A DNA stretch of 27,890 nucleotides from an uncultured archaeon (GTDB lineage: Archaea; Asgardarchaeota; Hermodarchaeia; Hermodarchaeales; Hermodarchaeaceae): positions 1 to 27,890 of the forward strand of contig CAYFXC010000014.1 in the NCBI GenBank assembly GCA_964347045.1, given 5' to 3'. How positions within the stretch are numbered: position 1 is the stretch's first letter; each line of letters starts with the position of its first letter. The notes under the pieces are model-generated. The model saw only the letters and a list, made by a program, of their open reading frames with translations, ran no database searches and was not told the DNA's origin. Position numbers and translations under genes: made by a program. Below are positions 26,173 to 27,890 of this stretch, one piece after another.

Positions 26173-26523
26173 ATGGAATTGATGAAAGCGGCCGAAAACC
26201 TTGTAAAGTATGGAGCAATCTTGGGGCTCGTCTTGGGACTTCTTTCTACCCTTTTTTGGGGCTATGTTATTCTAATAGGAATAGGACCTCCATTCTTTGT
26301 AGTGAATTATTATGAAATATTCATGGTGATTGTAAGCCTTGCAGCCATGTTACTTTCATATCTCGTATTAACTCGGTTTCCCCATCAAATTGAAGCGGAT
26401 CCATCACGCGCTGCACTTTTTCTTATTGGCTTAGGTATCATCATTGCAATTGGTTCATGGGGCGTGGCCGGACTACTTCTTGTTATTGGGGGTGTACTCA
26501 TACTTATCGATGAAACAAGCTGA
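26173..26523 (+). CDS. Small multi-TM membrane protein (paralog 2)
   Basis: GAGG RBS. EN.VK..G.I...and ...AGLLLVIGGVLILIDE parallel the upstream protein. Confidence 0.78.
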   Translation: MELMKAAENLVKYGAILGLVLGLLSTLFWGYVILIGIGPPFFVVNYYEIFMVIVSLAAMLLSYLVLTRFPHQIEADPSRAALFLIGLGIIIAIGSWGVAGLLLVIGGVLILIDETS

Positions 26524-26542
26524 TCTAGTGAAATTTACTGGG

Positions 26543-27631
26543 CTATAACGTCAGTTTTTTATCCATAATAATCGCAGTGGGTCCAATACTAACTATCGCA
26601 TCATTTAGGGTATGACTGTAATTTAGATTGCTGCGACTTCGACCACCAAGAAAAATATTATCGCCTAATCCGAGGGTTATTGATCCTGGTATCAATTCGT
26701 CGAGTGGCTGCCCAAGTGGCGTTGAAGCATTGGAGTTAATTCCAAATGTTAAATGTGTTAAGCGATCCTTATCGCCTGTTCCTTCACGAAGAGCATGTTC
26801 GAAGGTTTTTTCTCCTTTCAGTACTCGCGTTGCAGTTATCTTCCCTTTTTTGAAATCTAGTCTAAGATTTTGAATTGTGTCACCAAGATAAGCTCTGGGC
26901 CAATTGAATACTACGGTCCCTTCAGCGCTCGATGCGTCGATGGGAATTGAAATTGATCCTGCTGGTAACTGAGCCAGGACATTTTTATTTTGAACATCGG
27001 TTTGGTCGATAATGCCATCATCGATACGCGGTGTTCCTTGGGTTCGAAATCGGAGATTCGTTCCCTCACTTGAACTTAGATGGATTTCCCGATGTCTTCG
27101 AAGGAGTGTTTTAATTTGGCGACCTAGATCAATCATGGCTGACTGGTTTGCTGTCATACAACGATTATTTTCCTGCATAAGGTTTGAATGGGAAATGCCA
27201 TAGGTTTTGGCTGCTTGCTCTGTAAAACCCGTTGTATGTACAAGAAGTGTTCGGACGCGATTCGAAAAGGCTTTGCCTAAAAGCTGAGTGATTTGCCCAG
27301 TTACATGAAGAGCTTTTCCTTTATCTGCTAATTTGAAAATGCCAGGATCATTTGGTCCCTCTAACACCACTAGAACATTTGATTTTACAATCCCTGAATA
27401 CCAATGTGTGGGTACAGTCGTCACAGCTTCTTGAGGCGCTTTTTTCAAAGCGTGAGAAAGTAGAGTTTCTGTCATGACGCTTATAGACACAGTGGCACCA
27501 TGAAGCTGGGCTTGTTGGGCGATTTCCTGAGCTAAATCTAGTGAGTGGTTCCAAGTATGAATCCAAACCCGCTCCTGATCTCTCACACGGAGTGCATCAC
27601 GAATTATTTGACGGGCGACTACAGTTGTCAT
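26543..27631 (-). CDS. M29 (thermophilic metalloprotease/aminopeptidase II) family homolog, metal ligands degenerate
   Basis: L.V...E.V.I, S..GTNLRF, DDG.I, QLPAGS, AEGTVVF, L.F.KGKI, FGIN, DE..PG.ITLGLGDN..LGG..RS. GTGGTG RBS. Confidence 0.85.
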   Translation of the reverse strand: MTTVVARQIIRDALRVRDQERVWIHTWNHSLDLAQEIAQQAQLHGATVSISVMTETLLSHALKKAPQEAVTTVPTHWYSGIVKSNVLVVLEGPNDPGIFKLADKGKALHVTGQITQLLGKAFSNRVRTLLVHTTGFTEQAAKTYGISHSNLMQENNRCMTANQSAMIDLGRQIKTLLRRHREIHLSSSEGTNLRFRTQGTPRIDDGIIDQTDVQNKNVLAQLPAGSISIPIDASSAEGTVVFNWPRAYLGDTIQNLRLDFKKGKITATRVLKGEKTFEHALREGTGDKDRLTHLTFGINSNASTPLGQPLDELIPGSITLGLGDNIFLGGRSRSNLNYSHTLNDAIVSIGPTAIIMDKKLTL

Positions 27632-27804
27632 TTAAAAACACCACATAAAAGCACGACACACGTGTTCAATAAGTAATGGACTTTAAAACGTCTTTCTACC
27701 TTACCTCCTTTTGTTTTTAAAGGCTAACAATTTGCATCAGTTTGCATCCTCCCTCTCCATCTATTTATACAACTAAGTCAACTGAAACATGATGGTGAAC
27801 TAGC

Positions 27805-27890
27805 ATGGATTGTGACCCTCCACTCGACCCCCAACGCCCTTATCTCAATCCGCAGAAATGGCGAATAACCTATCTTCCCGACGATGACAA
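27805..27890 (+). CDS. 5' part of a possible CDS running off the window
   Basis: TATTTATA at about 27762, GGTGA RBS at 27794-27798, ATG 27805 with the frame open to the window end (MDCDPPLDPQRPYLNPQKWRITYLPDDD). Confidence 0.4.
   Translation, partial: MDCDPPLDPQRPYLNPQKWRITYLPDDD

Noticed and set aside
274-27566. Numerous 60-120 aa antisense or off-frame ORFs in the track (e.g. 274-477, 538-828, 6695-7000, 7164-7523, 8544-8873, 22064-22369, 23768-24073)
   Set aside because: They overlap well-supported genes and have no motifs or RBS; these are shadow ORFs.
27731-27748. TTTGCATC direct repeat with 10-bp period near a TATA box
   Set aside because: Only two 8-mers and no identifiable regulator; could be chance.

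Overview
Archaeal-looking genomic DNA. It shows TATA/BRE-type promoters, GGTGA/GGAGG ribosome-binding sites, HdrB, an AsnRS-like asparagine synthetase, a PGF-type surface anchor and a tandem wHTH Lrp regulator. The gene mix is reminiscent of Asgard/TACK sediment archaea, but that placement is inference. No rRNA, tRNA or CRISPR array was seen. The main candidate new system is at 215-3749, a tight three-gene operon. It encodes a monofunctional Ni-CO dehydrogenase (CooS, all cluster ligands intact), a CooF-like 4x[4Fe-4S] protein whose ~100-aa C-terminal extension resembles the HdrB-docking tail of HdrC, and an intact HdrB. No HdrA, Mvh, AcsB or CooC is in the window. This suggests a direct CO:disulfide oxidoreductase. 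The operon lies between a truncated tyrosine recombinase and gene debris, in an accessory redox-rich stretch (about 1-13 kb). That stretch also holds a cytochrome b5-membrane fusion, a half-ferritin-SRPBCC fusion, a high-GC alcohol dehydrogenase, a flavodoxin, DUF362 and pseudogenes. The right half has surface proteins, an AbrB-type regulator with a palindromic operator, NikR with a P1B ATPase, ThyX, asparagine synthetase with Lrp and tandem 15-bp boxes, small membrane proteins and a probably inactive M29 peptidase. All family assignments come from motif recognition by eye; no searches were run.
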